Assembly (NCBI RefSeq): GCF_963921235.1
Contig: NC_086099.1
Coordinates: 51,088,001-51,152,000 of the forward strand
Direction: 5' to 3'
Origin: Mobula hypostoma
Lineage: Eukaryota
Length of the DNA stretch: 64,000 bases
The notes beneath the pieces were generated by a model. That model was not told the DNA's origin and searched no databases. It worked only from the letters and a program-made list of their open reading frames with translations. Made by a program: the position numbers and the translations under genes. Below are positions 62,031-64,000 of the stretch, piece after piece; within the stretch, counting starts at the first letter, position 1; the number at the start of each line of letters is the position of its first letter.

Positions 62031-63483
62031 GAGGGAAAATCTCTCACCAACCTCAAAAGCATTTTATCTTTCAAACATTCTCTAAACCAAACCAAGGAAC
62101 TACTTAACTGACCACACAGTGAGACTACCGCTCAGACACAGACTGCCATAGTTAAAGGCAGCTGCATGCTGCATTCTCATTGGAAATTCCAAATGGATGT
62201 CAAATGTTGCTCTTGGCAGAATACTTAATTGTACAGGAGAATTTTTTAAAAAAACACTTCACAACTAGAGTCCTGTTGAAGCTCCAAGCAAATGCTTCCA
62301 CCAAAATAAAAAGCTTTTCACAAGGAGTCCACCTCCACAAGTATTATTGATTTCAGCCCTTATTCCATTAAAGAAGTCAATTGTCTCAACTTCAGCAGAG
62401 ACACACAAGAAAGGAAAGAGTAAAACTGAACATTATGTTTAATATACTGCTTATACGCTAATATATTTTACATATTCTTGTCAAAATTGGAATTTGCATC
62501 CAAATACTCCAGTGCTTCCTTGAACAACCTCCAATCCATCATCTGCACATTCTGAACCCTGCTTACCTTCTCATCCTCCCTACCCTCTCATCATCCCTAC
62601 CCTCCTGGCAGTTCGGCCCCACTCGGCCTTCCCTTATAATTCAGAAATCTCAATGTCTCAGCGTCTGGCTCCCAGGAAATGATTCCCACTCTCCCCTGAA
62701 ATGCACTGGGGCACCCCTTCCTGTGTGTCCTTTAAGCTTACAGCCTTTAATGGAAAATTTTTTGTAGTATTATAAATTTATCATAAAATTATTTATGATA
62801 ATACATATTCTATGTATATATCATCCAGAAGTCCAGAAAATTTGCCATGTGTGCCATATTTTACCATACATTCAACTTAAAACGCAAATTGCTGCCTTGA
62901 AATCTCAATAATACCAGTGAGCCACCAGTTTCCCCTTCCTTAGACCACATGGACATGTGTATCATCTGCGTACACCCCAAAACTTTTCATCTTACATACA
63001 ATTCCCACTCTTATCCCTATCTCCTTCTCTATTTCAGTACCTCTGCCTCCCCAGGGCCACTTCTGATTCAGATATTACTTTTCCTCACACTATTATGACC
63101 AAGGTTATTAGACCCTATTATTGGAACTGTACAAATATCACTGTACCCATCAAAAATTATTTTGCAGAGCAGTAAAATGAAACTTTAATTAAGACTCACC
63201 GGAGATTTTTAAAATTCAAAACTACCAAAAATAAACAGCAAAAGTAATATTATCATGAACCCCTCAGAGTCTTTCTTTCACCAAAGTTTTACTTCAAAAA
63301 TGCAAAATAATGATGAAGAACAAGATCAGAAGGATCAGAAAGAGGACATTTCCTCTCAGACTCAGATAAAACATTTGACATAAATATTGAAATTGCAACA
63401 TTAACAAATTCACGAGTCACATGTGAGACCACTCAAGACAAGGATAAATTGGCCTGAAATTTAAAAAAAAATTCCTAAGTGGA

Positions 63484-64000
63484 AACACAGGAAAGACTGC
63501 AGGTGTTGGAACTAAACAACACACAAAATAGAAAGGAAGATCTCAAGCGGGTCAGGCAGCTTGTATAGAGGGAAATGAAAAGTCAACGTTTTGGGCTAAA
63601 ATCTTTCATCCAGACTGAAAAGAAAGAGGGCAGAAGCCAGAATAAAGAGGAGGGGGGGGTGAAGCACAAGCTGTCAGGTAAGTTATATTGATGGGGGCGG
63701 GTGGGGGGGTTGAAATGGGCAGTGTTGTGCCTGTGCACAACTACCTATCAATTAAATAAAAGCATGCACAACGGAGGTGGCTTTAACTGGTGTATACACA
63801 CGTGGGAGTGGGAGAACAATGCGCATGCGTAGACAACAGCCATGTGCAGGCAACATATCAATACATACTGCGGGGGGGGGTGGAGGTCATTGTTCTAAAA
63901 GAAATAGATCCATACATTACAGGTAGGTGGGGGCATATGAAATGGGGATAATATAAGAAGCTAAGAGGTGATAGGTAAAAGGGGCAAGGAACTGAAAAAG
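63484..64000 (-). mobile_element. Penelope-type pLTR/3' region, interrupted by a ~180-bp insert and running off the window
   Basis: acacaggaaagactgcaggtgttgga...gggtcaggcagc...agtcaacgttttgggctaaaatctttcatccagactg (decayed hammerhead on the minus strand), resuming after ~63875. Confidence 0.65.

Noticed and set aside
1-64000. The many 60-170 aa ORFs as novel small proteins
   Set aside because: They are TE fragments, antisense frames of TEs, or chance ORFs with non-ATG starts and no coherent splice or domain support.

Overview
This is vertebrate genomic DNA, not prokaryotic, and no CRISPR, rRNA or tRNA gene was seen. The repeat landscape (HE1/V-type SINEs, CR1 LINEs with an esterase ORF1, abundant Penelope-type pseudo-LTRs) points to a cartilaginous fish, probably a ray or skate; this is inference. 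The whole window lies inside a Fat atypical cadherin gene on the minus strand, best matching FAT1. Two coding exons are present: a 315-bp exon at 47250-46936 and a 62-bp exon at 15243-15182 that the ORF track misses. They splice in frame across a 31,692-bp intron. The rest is intron filled with transposable elements: CR1, Rex1/L2-like, RTE and HERO retrotransposons, and Tigger/pogo, Tc1, hAT-Charlie and Harbinger-type DNA elements, often nested. Several repeat-free islands may be cis-regulatory. The most interesting observations are: (i) short fold-back Penelope-derived elements with 12-14-bp target-site duplications, one carrying an intact minimal type I hammerhead ribozyme on the gene's sense strand facing its own antisense, while the mirror copy is mutated in the catalytic core; (ii) a Tigger derivative with a ~315-bp internal palindrome whose second copy is broken at the hairpin apex; (iii) a hAT fragment resembling primate Charlie3/MER1, a horizontal-transfer candidate; (iv) a 99-bp inverted templated insertion inside a CR1 tail. 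Family names come from recalled consensus motifs, not database searches. Boundaries of degraded repeats are approximate.
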